Origin: Klebsormidium nitens
Taxonomy: Eukaryota; Plantae; Klebsormidiophyceae
Direction: 5' to 3'
DNA: 64,000 nucleotides
Assembly: GCA_000708835.1 (NCBI GenBank)
Contig: DF237204.1
Coordinates: 57,320-121,319 of the forward strand
Part shown: in pieces, positions 51,830 to 63,650 of the stretch
Numbering within the stretch: position 1 is the stretch's first letter
Layout of the letters: each line of letters starts with the position of its first letter
Translations under genes and position numbers: made by a program
Notes under the pieces: model-generated
The model's input: only the letters and a program-made list of their open reading frames with translations
Told to the model about the DNA's origin: nothing
The model's database searches: none

Positions 51830-52437
51830 GTGGAGCGCTTTTCTAGGGTACTCCAAAGGTGTGTACCTGTGCATGCTCCACTGTTTTGTTGCATTTAGGC
51901 ACTAAGGTTTTGTACGATACAAGTGCCCAAAAGAAGGGCGGGGGTGCAAGCAAGTTTGAGGTCGGTAATCTGTGTTGCAAAGGTGCAAGTTAGAATGTCA
52001 AGTCTTCCAAAAAGTGTCGTTGGATGAACTGAAGCAGGATTCACCTGTACATTAAGCTTATTGGATACAGTAAGATCCTCACCAGCATCGTGCATTTTGG
52101 TATGACTCAAGGTCATTGAGTACTGGCTAGCGACTTATGAGAGCTGACAAGATACCGTGGATGATCTTTTGATGCGTTCGAATCTGCACGCGTCGTTTGT
52201 GACTCAGATCACTACCCTATGTCGAGCGTTACTTGAAAAAGCAGTCCGGTCGACCTGGCGCATACTTTAAATCACATGGCATGGCCGGGTTGCATGTACG
52301 TGTATATAGCTGTGATGCGCAGTCCCCTGAATTTGTAGCGCATAAAAACGTGGGCAAATGATCCCGAGACCGGCAGACTCTATCCGATGGCTAAATATGT
52401 GGTTCAGGGCGTTTTAATAAAGCGTAAGTTACCATGT

Positions 52438-52465
52438 GCAGCGTCCTCGCGCGCGAGGACGCTGC
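52438..52465. repeat. Perfect 28-bp palindrome
   Basis: GCAGCGTCCTCGCGCGCGAGGACGCTGC is self-reverse-complementary. Confidence 0.95.
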
Positions 52466-53782
52466 GACTGACACCAGTGTGCGCCCAGCACACTTCCACT
52501 GAGTCACATGCTAAGTATAGACAGTATTGGTGTTGGGAACTTAAAAGACAATCGAGCAAAAAAGGACGGTACATCTTCGGGTACGTATATATCTTAATCT
52601 CTTTCTCTTCGATCAGTGCATGACAATAACGCGCTATAGCCAGACAGACAGAGTTTGAGCTACTAGCCTGGGAGATCGATCGTGCTCCTAATTGTGCGTA
52701 CTGCATTTCAACAAACAGTACGTCCGCATATATCTGCTCAGCTGAAGGAAATATAGCAATGATGGGGTATTAGCATTGCATGGCATGCATATGGTCCTTG
52801 AAGCAGCTAGCATACACGTACCGACGGTACATGCATGATGCAGTATATAGCAGTGATGGTCGGAGAGCGTGATACCAAAGCTGCGTGTGCATGAACTTAT
52901 AGGGAAGGCAACATGTATTATAAGGCCTATATAACTCAACTTGCTAGATCATTCAATCCGACTCTGATACTAACCGGTAGATCGAGTTTTAACCACATTC
53001 ACCTTTGACATTAAAACAATTGAACCGCGGTCAAAATGTCCAGGCACAAGCGCAGATGCGGTCACGTGTGCGCTTATGTCTCGGATCTGCGCCGCACCGC
53101 GTTCTGATGAACTTAATTAGCACAAGGGCGGCCGCCCATGGCCGCACATGCCAAAAGATGGAGAACAGGCTGCACCCCCGCTGCACCGCACAATTTGTAA
53201 CTTAAGTGGTGAGTGTCACGGCGTGCGCATCTCTAGATATATGGGAATATAGTGCAAACTCCGCTGGAATTGCATTGAACTACCATATAGTACGTGCAAA
53301 GCACGTCCGCGCACGATCGCACCATGCATGGAGTGACGATCCATGCAAATTGCATTGGACGCATTCAAATCATAAAAGGTACGGTATGCGTTCAACACAT
53401 GGCGGCCGCACTAGCGAAAAGCCAGCTGCACATTATGTCATGCGTGCGCTATACTATCTGCGCGACTCAGCTGGCTGCCAGCAAACCGGGCCATACAGGT
53501 CGGAATCAGCTGATTATGTATATAAAGTAGGATCTGGCTGCCGTTGATCCACAGTGGCCCGGGCTGGCATCGTCGATCGCTGGCATCCCGAGTTGGGGGA
53601 CCCGAGACTAATCCGACCGTCAACGTGACCACAACTCGAACTGTCAAGGTTGAGAAGGTCAAAGTGTCCAAACACCACTCAACTCAAATGCCCTGTCGAA
53701 GAGGTAGTTGTTGAGATTGAGCTCATCTTTCGTCCATCATTGTTTAGGACATCTCTGCTCTTATCATTGCCAATATCTGCTT

Positions 53783-56700
53783 CTATGCGTAGATGTCGAT
53801 GCCCCAGGCTCCCTGGGGGTCATTGCTCCGCTTGTTCCGGTCAATCTTCTTGATGCGCGCCATGTCTTCTGGCGTCAGGCTGAAGTCCACACTGTCAATG
53901 TTCTCCTTGATTCGGTCGGGCTTGGTGCTCTTGGGGATGACAATCGTCTGTCGTTCCAGACCCCATCTGAGGACGATCTGGGCAGGGGTCTTGTTGTACT
54001 TCCTGGCCAACTCCTGCGGAGTCAGAAAAGGTGACTCATAGTTGTTTTGACACCCGTGTGGAAACGAGAAAGCTGTGTACCAGCGAGCGGCGTAATCTTT
54101 TCAAGTGAGCAACGTTTCGGTCTTTTTGGAGTATTTAGGTGCAAGGCAACTCCGCAAAAGGGAAGTGCAAGATTCCAACTTTCAGGGTAGAGCAAGATGC
54201 AGGGACGACGAACTCTCCCTGAAGTTACGAATCCCAGGGTGACGCTTTTCCAGCACCACTCGAAGCAACGGTCCCAACGAACAAGTCTGGTCGGAGCCCC
54301 TTTTCAATCTGCCACCTGTTGACAAAGATTGTGGGCAGACTCTGAACAACGTGTCTGCCCGTCAAGACCGCTGTGCAACCGGGCAACAGCGGGCCGCGGG
54401 CTGCTGCTGCTCACCAGGATGGCCGGGTCGTCCAGAGGGGACGCGGAGCCGAAGAGGTCCGCGTTGGCCTGGCCGCCGCCGAGGGGCGTGTGCGCGGTGA
54501 CGGCGATGCCGTGCGCGAGGCAGAGGCGCACCAGCGAGTCGCGCTGGAAGTAGGGGTGCGTCTCGATCTGGTTCGTGGCGGGCGGGATGCGCGCGTAGCT
54601 CAGCAGGTCGCGCACCAGAAAGACGTCGTAGTTGCTGCACACGATACGACTTGTGAGAGCAAGCGCTGTTTCCGCCAGTGTCTTTCCCGCCGCTCCCATC
54701 GCAGACGTGTCGGGCACGTGCAGCAGTAGCACAAGCCAAAGACGGTCCGCCGTGCTGACCTGACTCCGATGCTGCGCGCCTTGCCCGCGTCCACAGCGGC
54801 CTCCATGTGCCGCCACGTCTGCTCCAGGCTGACGCTCGTGTCCAGGATCATCACGCCGTTGCCGTCCTTCTCGATGCCGCCCACCCCAATGCCTGCACCA
54901 TACAGGCGTCAGCGCATGAGTGCGGCATGCGGTCAGAAAAAAACAGCCGGGGGTTATGTTGACGACGGGTGCAAAGAAGCGGCTTGTGGGCCAAGCAGGG
55001 AGCGAAAGCAGCGGACTCAAGTCGACCATCGCACAGGGGACCACCACCGTGACTAGACGAGCGTGTTCGCTCCGCCTAAGTCTGTTGCTCGAACATCAGG
55101 CCCAAGCCCGTGCTTGGCGGCGCATCTGGGGAAGAGAGGGCAGCCACAGCCTGTGTGTGCCTCATGTGACACTGGGACCACGCGACAAGACGCAACGCCT
55201 CCAGAACACTTCTGAGCGGGTTAGAAGGCGGCAACTTCTGGTCCTCGAATCCGATCTTGCCGAGCACCCTTGAACCCGCAGGTGCTTTAGGAAGCTGTGG
55301 GACAGGGCGGGGGCTGTGCGTCGACCAGGACGACTCACAGGGAAATGCCACCCTGGCATCCACAGAAGAATGCCACCTGAAACAATATTTGATTCGCAAG
55401 GCCGCTCACCCGTGTGCTTGGTGGCGATGGGGAAGTGTACGAGGTACAGGTCCACGTAAGTAAGGCGCAGGTTCTTCAGGCTCTGCTCCAGCGCCTCCGC
55501 CACGTGGCCGTGGTCCGAGTTCCATAGCTGGGGGGAGGGGGAGAGAAAGAGGTGGGCTCACGAGATGCTGGCAAAAACCTGAGATATGGCAGTCCTAAAA
55601 GGCAGAGAAACGAGCCACAACAGCAGTCTCGAACATACTCGAACAGCAGCTGTTGCTGGGCATCAAAGTCCCCACAAGAAGTAACCGTCCAATTCTGGGC
55701 TAACTGGCAGGCTGAAAGAGCATCATCCTTAGCTGACCCAGTAAAGGAAGCGCGTTCCTCAGACTCCTAGAGGAGCTTGGCCCACCAGCAAGGGGTATCT
55801 CAGGTCCTGCTACAATACACCAGAGCTTACACACCGGCACTTTGCAATTGGAGCAGCAAGGCCCCTTGGCAAGAATTCGCACGCCGCCTCAGAAGCTGCA
55901 GGGGAGGAAGTCAAGGTGCCCCTTCTAATCCATCAGGAGCGCAGCCACTGAGCTGACCACTCTCCAGCAACGTCTGGGAGAGGCTTCCAAAGTCCGCGGG
56001 GAGAGGGCGTCTGGCCCATAGCCTGGGCTTTGGGCGGCGCGCTGACCTTGGTGGTGATGAACAGCTCCTCGCGGGTGACCCGCCCGCTCTCAATGGCCCC
56101 AGCCAGCGCTGCCCCAACCTCCGCCTCATTGCCGTAGTCAGCTGCAGACACCAATGTCCAATCAATATAACATTCTCCCTTACTTCCTAGTTCCTAGGCA
56201 CACCATGGTCTTTGATACATCCGCTCTCTGAACAAGTAGTGTTTTCTGGCAGACCCCTGCACAAACTTTTGAGCGGGGATTGCCCTGCACTATGGCTATT
56301 CCATGTAAAGCTTCTTTGGGCTTCGTTCAGCGCCCTTGTGCTCCAACTTACAAGATAGCGTGGGCGCCTGCAGGCGGTTGGGCTGGACAAGCACGGAGTG
56401 GAGCACAAGAAGGTGGTGGTACCACCGGGGGGAGGAATAGACTCTGATTGTGCGTTACAACTAGGTCCATCAAGAAAAGATGGTTGATGCTTTTCTGCTC
56501 ATGTTCACGAAGGAGCGCACGCTTTGGGACAATTGAGAAGAAGCTGTGCTAAAAACGAAGAACATGAGTGCCCTCGAGTAAGTGCACTTAGCAGCTGTCC
56601 AAGTGAGGGAGTGTTAATAGGGAAAAATTGCACCGGACGAATGCTTTAGTCCCAATTGATACATACCTGCGCAGTCAAAGTGGCGGTAGCCCGCGTCGAT

Positions 56701-57057
56701 GGCGGCCGCGATAGTCGAGGCCAGTACGTCCTTCTCCGCCCGCCAGACCCCTAGCCCTGGAACACAGAAACAAGCACAGCCGCAATTGGGGGACTGCAAA
56801 TGACCCAAAGCTGGGCGCAGTGGAAGGTGATCTGCATGAGCACATCCTTGGACTCTAAGTGAAGGCCAGCTACAACAGGACATGAGTGGGTCAGCAGCAC
56901 TAGTCTGCACCGATTGAGACCAGCTCAGGGCCTGGAGCACAATATCCAGATGCCATATGCACTAATTGCTGAAATGCGGCAGATAAGAACTAGCGTGCAA
57001 CTTACCTACGGCAGGAATCGCTTTTCCATTAGAGAAAGTTATAGTAGGAACCGCCAT
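53783..57057 (-). CDS. Aldo-keto reductase of the plant aldose-6-phosphate/mannose-6-phosphate reductase (S6PDH/M6PR) type
   Basis: Exons start at 57057: MAVPTITFSNGKAIPAVGLGVWR...GYRHFDCAADYGNE...FITTKLWNSDHGHV...YLVHFPIATKHTG...SLEQTW...RSIG.SNYDVFL...NQIETHPYFQRDSLV...AHTPLGG...AQIVLRWG...VIPKS...WGIDIYA-stop. The D-Y-K-H tetrad is intact. The LWNSDHGH, FPIATKHTG and terminal WGIxxYA motifs match the S6PDH/M6PR subfamily. Confidence 0.95.
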
Positions 57058-57131
57058 GGTCGGCGCTTTAGCAGGGCGTCTCACGAAGAGGAAAGCTAGA
57101 ACTTAGAAGGCAATGACGATTTCAATTTATA

Positions 57132-57395
57132 CCGTACCGGCATGGGAATTCAACTTTTATTAATTATTTTGGGGTCACTGTGAAAAAAATAAAACTAAAG
57201 GTCACCCCGACTGTGAAACGGTGAAATCAATTTGTTTTAGGAAAAAGGTCATTTTGGGATGTTTTGAGTGTGGGAAAAGCAAAAAAATCGCTTGTATGAA
57301 ATGAAAATTATATACTCAACGCGCCCGGTGAAACCTCAGGATGAACGAAATAAAGTTTTCACACCAAAAGGTGGTGAATTCCCATGCCGGTACGG
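57132..57395. mobile_element. 264-bp AT-rich MITE with a TA target duplication (Tc1/mariner-type)
   Basis: Perfect 21-bp TIRs, CCGTACCGGCATGGGAATTCA and TGAATTCCCATGCCGGTACGG, are flanked by TA on both sides (57130-57131, 57396-57397). The interior is AT-rich and non-coding. Confidence 0.85.
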
Positions 57396-57413
57396 TATGG
57401 TGGCGGCTTCGAT

Positions 57414-57515
57414 CCGACCGTAAGTTGTGCCGCGCCGCAGATGGGTCAGGGTTTCCCGCCTAACCATACGTGGTTTAGCCTAAACTTCAAGGGGTTGAAA
57501 TTGACACTGACGTCA
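57414..57515. promoter_or_regulatory. Cluster of stress-type cis motifs in the AKR/LEA shared promoter
   Basis: CCGAC (DRE/CRT core) at 57414-57418, ACGTGG (ABRE core) at 57468-57473 and TGACGTCA (C-box) at 57508-57515. These motifs are short and their function is inferred. Confidence 0.3.
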
Positions 57516-57852
57516 GCTACCTGATCGACGGCTGCCATAACATCGTAACCTCTCACTCCCAGCAACTTTCGTCCAAGTGGCGCTCCCACAACGAACCTGG
57601 CAGCAAAGTGCCACCTGGCCGATCCCCTCCCAAGGTGCAACCTGCGAAATGTGCAATGCTCGTTATGCTGTGAATGCTGCCGCCATTGCTGCGCAATCCC
57701 TCCTGCTGCCTGCACCAAGACGTGTCTGGCAACCTGTCCCTTTTTCGGTGCGCCCTCCTGTTTCAGACTGATCACAGCGTGTTACTTCTGTAAGCCTTTG
57801 CCAGCTGTTTCTACTTCCAAAGGAGGTACGCGGTCAATCAGGTCCTGGAGCA

Positions 57853-60800
57853 ATGGCAGCCACGTTCCGCAGCCTGCGCATGGCCCGGCCCTTGGCCCGC
57901 CTATCAGTCACCCCGGCGGCTCGTGGGGAGCAGGGCCGGCCAGGGCTGCCCCTGGTGGCAGGGGAGGGTGTGACCGAGGTGCCCGAGGCCAGGACTGCTA
58001 CGTCGAGCTGGGACACCACCTTGCGCACAGCTGCAACCTGGCCGCTGTCCGTAAGGTCCCTGCAGGTGGGGGTTCATAGCTGTTGGCCTGATCAGCTCAT
58101 GGAAGCCCTTGGATGAGAAGATGTGAAGAGTGCAACAAATCCAGACGGCGGCATCGATGCATGCGGGATGAACTTCTTGTCTGGTGGGCAAGGAGCTGAG
58201 AGGTCACCAAATCTGGAAGTAGAATGCAAGGGTCTCAGAAAGTGGCACTACGAAAGAGGGATGTGGAAAGTGTAGGCCCTTTAAGGTTTTTCATCATAAT
58301 CTGTTTCACCATTGCGCTGCCAAAAGGTTGATCAAGAATTTCATTCAATCTTCCTCGATCAGCCACATTGTAAATCCAAAAGAGGCGAGATGGATCAATC
58401 AGGAGACATGATGGATTCAATCAGCGGACTGATAATATTCTTATCTTGTGAAAGTGACCCTCACTCGGAAGATCTAGTCCTTCTACACACTTCTTGGTGA
58501 ACCTTTCTCTTTGTACATTAGAAGTGCCAATGAGCGCAGATTGTTGGATTGTTTTGAAAAAGGCTGACTATGATTAATGTAGGTATCTCTTTGTCAAGAG
58601 AATGTACTTGTTTGGCTAAGCCAAGATTCATATACTAAAAGTGCCCAGGTAGGAGCACCTAGGTTCCTCTTCAAGAAGCAGGCTGGCTCATGACGCTGTT
58701 GGCCCATTGCCCTTCCAGACGTCTGCATACGATGGCGACGATGGCCGGCTGGCCAGGAGCGAGGTGCAGCAGTCGGAGCCGGTCCCCGCAGAGGAGCAGC
58801 TGCGGCGCGCACGGCAGCGGGTGCAGGAAGCAGCGGGGACAGCCAGGAGGGGGGCGGGGCAGGCGCAGGAGGCGGCGGGGGAGGTGAAGGAGGCGGGCAA
58901 AACAGCGGCGCAGGAGGTCAAGGAATCAAGCAAGCACAAGGTGGGCCAGTGGAAGAACGAGGGCGAGCGGATGAAGGAGGCGGCGAAAGGCAAAGCCGGG
59001 GAGGCAGCGCACAAGCTGGGGCAGGCTAAGGAGGCAGGCGAAGAGAAGGTGCACGAGATGAAGGAGGCAGGGCAAGCCAAGGCGGAGCAGGTCAAGGCAG
59101 CGGCCAAGAGAACAGCGGGGGAGGCGGCGGAGAAGGCGGGGCAGGCCAAGGAGGCGGGCAAGGAGAAAGCAGAGCAGGTGGCGGAGGACGCCCAGGACAA
59201 GTGAGGCGGCACACTGCCAATGGAACGCATCTGTGGTCCGGAGTCGCCTATCCTCGAGATGCTCTCATTTAAGCTTGACATACTATCAATTCAATCAGGC
59301 AATCCGGCATTTTAGCATCTACATGTTGCTCGATTCAGCAACCAAGAACCTAGGTATTGATCTTGATCAGCATTCCTCTTGACAAGCACATTCCCCAGAC
59401 ACCTGCTTATTCTGCTGCCAAGTTCTTGCTGATCTCTGACTTCCTGTGAGAGGGGTGTGATTGGTTGGGGTCCTGTCTTTGACTAATAAAAGCTCCCACA
59501 CTCTCCCTTGGAGCTCAACATGGAGACAGCCTCGCCTCTGCATCTGCTCCTCGCCGGCATGCATAGCCTAGATGTAGCTGGTGTAGGTCAGGAAGTAATA
59601 ACAGCCGTCTGGACCGTGGCAGCCGTCACAAGTTGCCCAGTGTTAACTTTGATCTTTTGTGCAGGTTAGGTGGCTGGTGCCTTTGCCCGCCCTTCCACGC
59701 AGTCGGCTACACCAGATCGGGAGGTTTTCTAAGCCGGTCAGAAGAGCATGGTCATGTATATTGGTCGTGTCTGACCTACTCAGAAGACGAATCGGCTCAA
59801 TCTGGGCGCAGGCGTTTTCTTATCCTTAGGGCTGCCAACTGCATCGCTGACTCCTTTTCCCTCTCCAGGGTGGACGATGCCAAGGGCGTGCTGGGCCGCA
59901 TGGCGGAGGCGGCTGCGGCGCAGGCGGAGATCGAGAAGCGGGAGGCGCAGCGCATGATCGATGCGAGCAAGCAGAGCTGGAAGGAGACGGGCGAGCAGCT
60001 CAAGGACGCGCTGCCGGACAGCGTGAAGCAGCAGGCGGAGATTGAGAAGCGCGAGGCGCAGCGGATCCTGGACGAGAGCAAGCAGAGCTGGCGCGAGACG
60101 GGCGAGCAGCTGAAGGAGGCGCTGCCGGACAGTGTGAAACAGGCCGCGGCGCAGCTCAAGGACGCGGTCGCCGACCGAGTGCACAAGGAGGCGCAGGTGA
60201 GGCCCAGCGCAGCGCAGCAGCTTCGCCGCGGGCCGAGCGTGCTGCCCGCGCTCGAAGTGACCGGCTCCGGTGTCTCATCTGTGTGGACTGTGGTGTATGC
60301 GGTGTCGTACCTTTCGACTGAACGTGCGAAGGCGTAGTCGTGCCTCCGAATCCAGAGAGCACTCGAACCTCGTATCCGACCAGCGGCTCTGTAATCCACT
60401 TCTGGTTGTACACGAGCGTAATTGACCTTGTTTGAAGACATCTTAGTCAAAAAGTAGTGGTACACGATGCGACAAGCCTCGAAGAACCGGACCCCGTCGT
60501 CTCGTTAAGCAGGAAGGAAGGCCGTTGAAACTGATCATTGCCCCTGTTGATCGACCTTGACGAAATGTACACGGCACCAATTGGAAAAAGACAGTCCCCG
60601 GAAACATCGATCTGTTGTGAGGGTTGTCCAACAGTACGTTCGAAGAAAGCTGGTGGTCGATCTCGTCAGTGTCCACGAATTCCCGTTAGGAGAGGCATCG
60701 TGCGGCATCCGCGTGGTTGCATGCCACCCAACGGATGGCAACATGTCGTGGTTCAGACTTGAGCAACAAATGAGGCTTTTCACGTCTCAGCTTGTTGTTG

Positions 60801-61100
60801 ACTGTTCTTGGCTGTCTGTCGATCGTACAGTTGTGAGGAGGGGAGCTTTAATCATTGCCACCGCCGGTACCTGGCACGAGGGAAACACCGGAAGGATATC
60901 CAGCAGGATTGCATTGACTTTGGACCATCTGAACTTCAGAACATTTGCAAGGCTTGCGTTGCAAAGTGACTCGGCATGTGCAGGTTGCCAATGAAATCAA
61001 GGAGAACACCAAGAAGTCTTGGGGCTCAGCTGCCGAGGAGGCGAAGAAGTTGGCACGGGATGTCACCCAGAAGGTCAAGAGCACTGTGGGGAGCGACTAG
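57853..61100 (+). CDS. LEA group 3 (LEA_4)-like hydrophilin, 374 aa, with a putative organellar targeting peptide
   Basis: Exons 57853-58050, 58719-59200, 59869-60196 and 60984-61100 sum to 1125 nt in frame. The A/E/K/Q/G-rich repeats include AKEAGEEKVHE, AKEAGKEKAEQ and GQAKAEQVKAA. The N-terminus MAATFRSLRMARPLARLSVTPAAR is R/A/L/S-rich and lacks acidic residues. Confidence 0.85.
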
Positions 61101-61545
61101 TCGTGGCCCACGTCGAGAAACGGCCGGAGGTCACCTATCCAGGCCAAAAGAAGTCAGCCGGCGCGGGACCATGGCACAGGCAAGTTTGCAGATCTGCTTT
61201 TCCCATCCAGTTTAGGGGCCGGCTTTTGAAACAGATAATTACTAAGAAGCGAAAGAGCGCCAGCACGTGTACCCTCATGAAATACAATAAGAAGGCACGG
61301 TCGGGACTGAAAACCCAGCCGTCCACAGAAAGTACATAGTCCTGCAAGCAGCACGTGACTCTTACTTAAGTTACTTACGCTACCTTCAAGTGGTAAACAC
61401 TCTACGAGCGAACCATAGAGCACTCGTGGCACTGTTTTGGCAAATATATCGTAGAGGTGTACATCCACCCAGCCGGCTTCGGTCACACTTGGGACGGCCC
61501 TACATAGCACGCCGGTATGCATGCTATACTAACTAGGTAGTTAAG

Positions 61546-61593
61546 ACAATAACAATAACAATAACAATAACAATAACAATAACAATAACAATA
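61546..61593 (+). repeat. (ACAATA)8 microsatellite
   Basis: Eight perfect tandem hexamers. Confidence 0.95.
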
Positions 61594-62679
61594 TCGATAT
61601 ACAAAGCAATTCGTTGGCCAAACCAACTAAATGCCAAGAATCAAGTGCCAAAGCACCTAGACTGGTGCGTCAATGGACGATTAAAATCCGGACGTAAGCA
61701 AACCCAAGATCTGGGTTTGGACTGGTCAAAGATCCGCCTATTCTGCCGGCGACCCCCTGAGTAGTGGGCTACCACTTTATTTATATAGATTGTCGACTAG
61801 TCAATATACACTTCAGTTGGCCGAGGCGAAGTTGAAAGGAGCTGCTAGCCTGAGCATGTAGTGGTGGCATGCATAGTATGCTCAAGTCATGCACATGCCA
61901 TGATATGCGCATGATACAGGCGCGCTACAAAGCGGTGACGGTTGTTCCAATATCTCATGCAAGCCTGGCTTAGCATGCTCTCAGAGACGGACGGTCGGAG
62001 TCTATATTACAATTCATTGGCAGACTGCTAACAGATAACATCCGACGCCGGTGCATCTGAGCTAGCTCAGTAGTTGAGTCGTCTAGTGCGTTCGCACGCG
62101 CGGGCCGCAACACATGTCGAAACATACTGCGATCGACTATTAACAAATTACGTACCACGAATCTTCGATCTCTCGATCAACTTCAAGTATATCAAGTACC
62201 TGCATTAACTAGGCATGCATCAATGGCTTGAAATTCGTGCATATCATATGGCATGCGCGCGCCCAAAAAACAACCGTATTCGTTTGCACCCGTTTGCGCC
62301 GACAATAGGCGGAGCTAGACATGTACTAAGGTTATCATATCCAAATTCGCTTAGTAAGCTAATTAGAATGAATCAAGGCCCGCGACATGTTTAACAACTC
62401 GATCAGATTCACAACATGCCATGATGCACTGGATAAATTCTTTTAGCTACATCATTTATTTTATAAGCTAAATAAGCTGGCCCACCCTGCCTATTTTCGC
62501 CGCATGCATGCACCATTTGTGGGCCATTGCAATGTGCATATATATATATATATTAAGGAAATTGATTGCATGCAAGCTCTCGATCATGCTTACGTATGCT
62601 CCGGGGACGGACCCTGTTGGGGACGAATGGACCCCGAATGGAGGGTCGCGGCTCATGGCAAGAAAATAAGCCTTATACC

Positions 62680-63195
62680 CAGTGTTTCCCCTAATTGTTT
62701 TGATTGCTGGCCGCCGGGCCGGCCGGGGCCTGAGTTTGCCGGCCCGTTGGGCCGGGCCGAGGTCGCCATTGCCGGCCCAAGTCCCACCGACCTTTGTGAA
62801 ATTTTCGTGCGCGCACCCCATACATTGGAACTCTTACAGTATCTGCTTCAGTTCCTTGGTCTTTGATAAGTCTCTAGCTTTTAACGTATGTAAAATCGAC
62901 CAACTTCCTACGGTCTACCTCACCTACCGAGGGATTTGTTTTGTAGGCTATTTCTGGCCAGAAGTACCTGGGGGAGAGCTTTTTTAGGGACCAATACCTT
63001 AGAAGTTAGATTGTCATCAAATTCTATTCTTTTTGCGCACTAAATACGATGACAGATCCATTCATTGCCGGCCCAAGAGGCCGGCCGGTGCCCCGCAACG
63101 CCGGCCGGATGGGCCGGAGGCCGGCCCCCATTGCCGGCCCAATTTGACCATTGCCGGCCATTTTACCAGAGAGTGGGCCGGCAGGGGAAACACTG
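62680..63195. mobile_element. 516-bp non-autonomous hAT-type element
   Basis: Perfect 13-bp TIRs, CAGTGTTTCCCCT and AGGGGAAACACTG. Perfect 8-bp TSD CTTATACC at 62672-62679 and 63196-63203. Subterminal CATTGCCGGCC repeats occur at 62767, 63063, 63129 and 63149. Confidence 0.92.
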
Positions 63196-63650
63196 CTTAT
63201 ACCAAGCCCAAAACTTGAATTCAAATTAAAGTACGTTGCAATATGCCGTGCATGGCGCGGCATGCAGTGCACTGCACATGAGATTTGCATGATTTCGTCA
63301 CAAAATTTCGTAACCACTTCAACGGCTTTTTTTGACCCGATAACCCAAGCAAACACACACGAAATCTCAAACACTCCCACCTAGCGGCTTGAGCGGCTGC
63401 ATGCCCCTTTACCACCTTAATTGTAGGCCGGTTTAAATACGATATGAAACGAATTAATTCGGCAACCGCGAGCCAAAATTTTTGAAATTCATTTTGAAAC
63501 TATATTAATTGATTAGCAAATCATTAAGTTCGAATATTTGAAAAATCGATCGTAAGCAAAGGGCGTTATGGTTATGACGTAAGCACATGCAAAGGGGGGT
63601 TGTAGTTTTTAAGGGCTTTCAAAACGTGCAAAAATCGCGAAATCTCCAAG

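Noticed and set aside
61546-61593. Repeat array as a CRISPR or functional satellite
   Set aside because: It is a simple hexamer microsatellite with no spacers. No CRISPR array, rRNA gene or autonomous transposase ORF was seen anywhere in the window.
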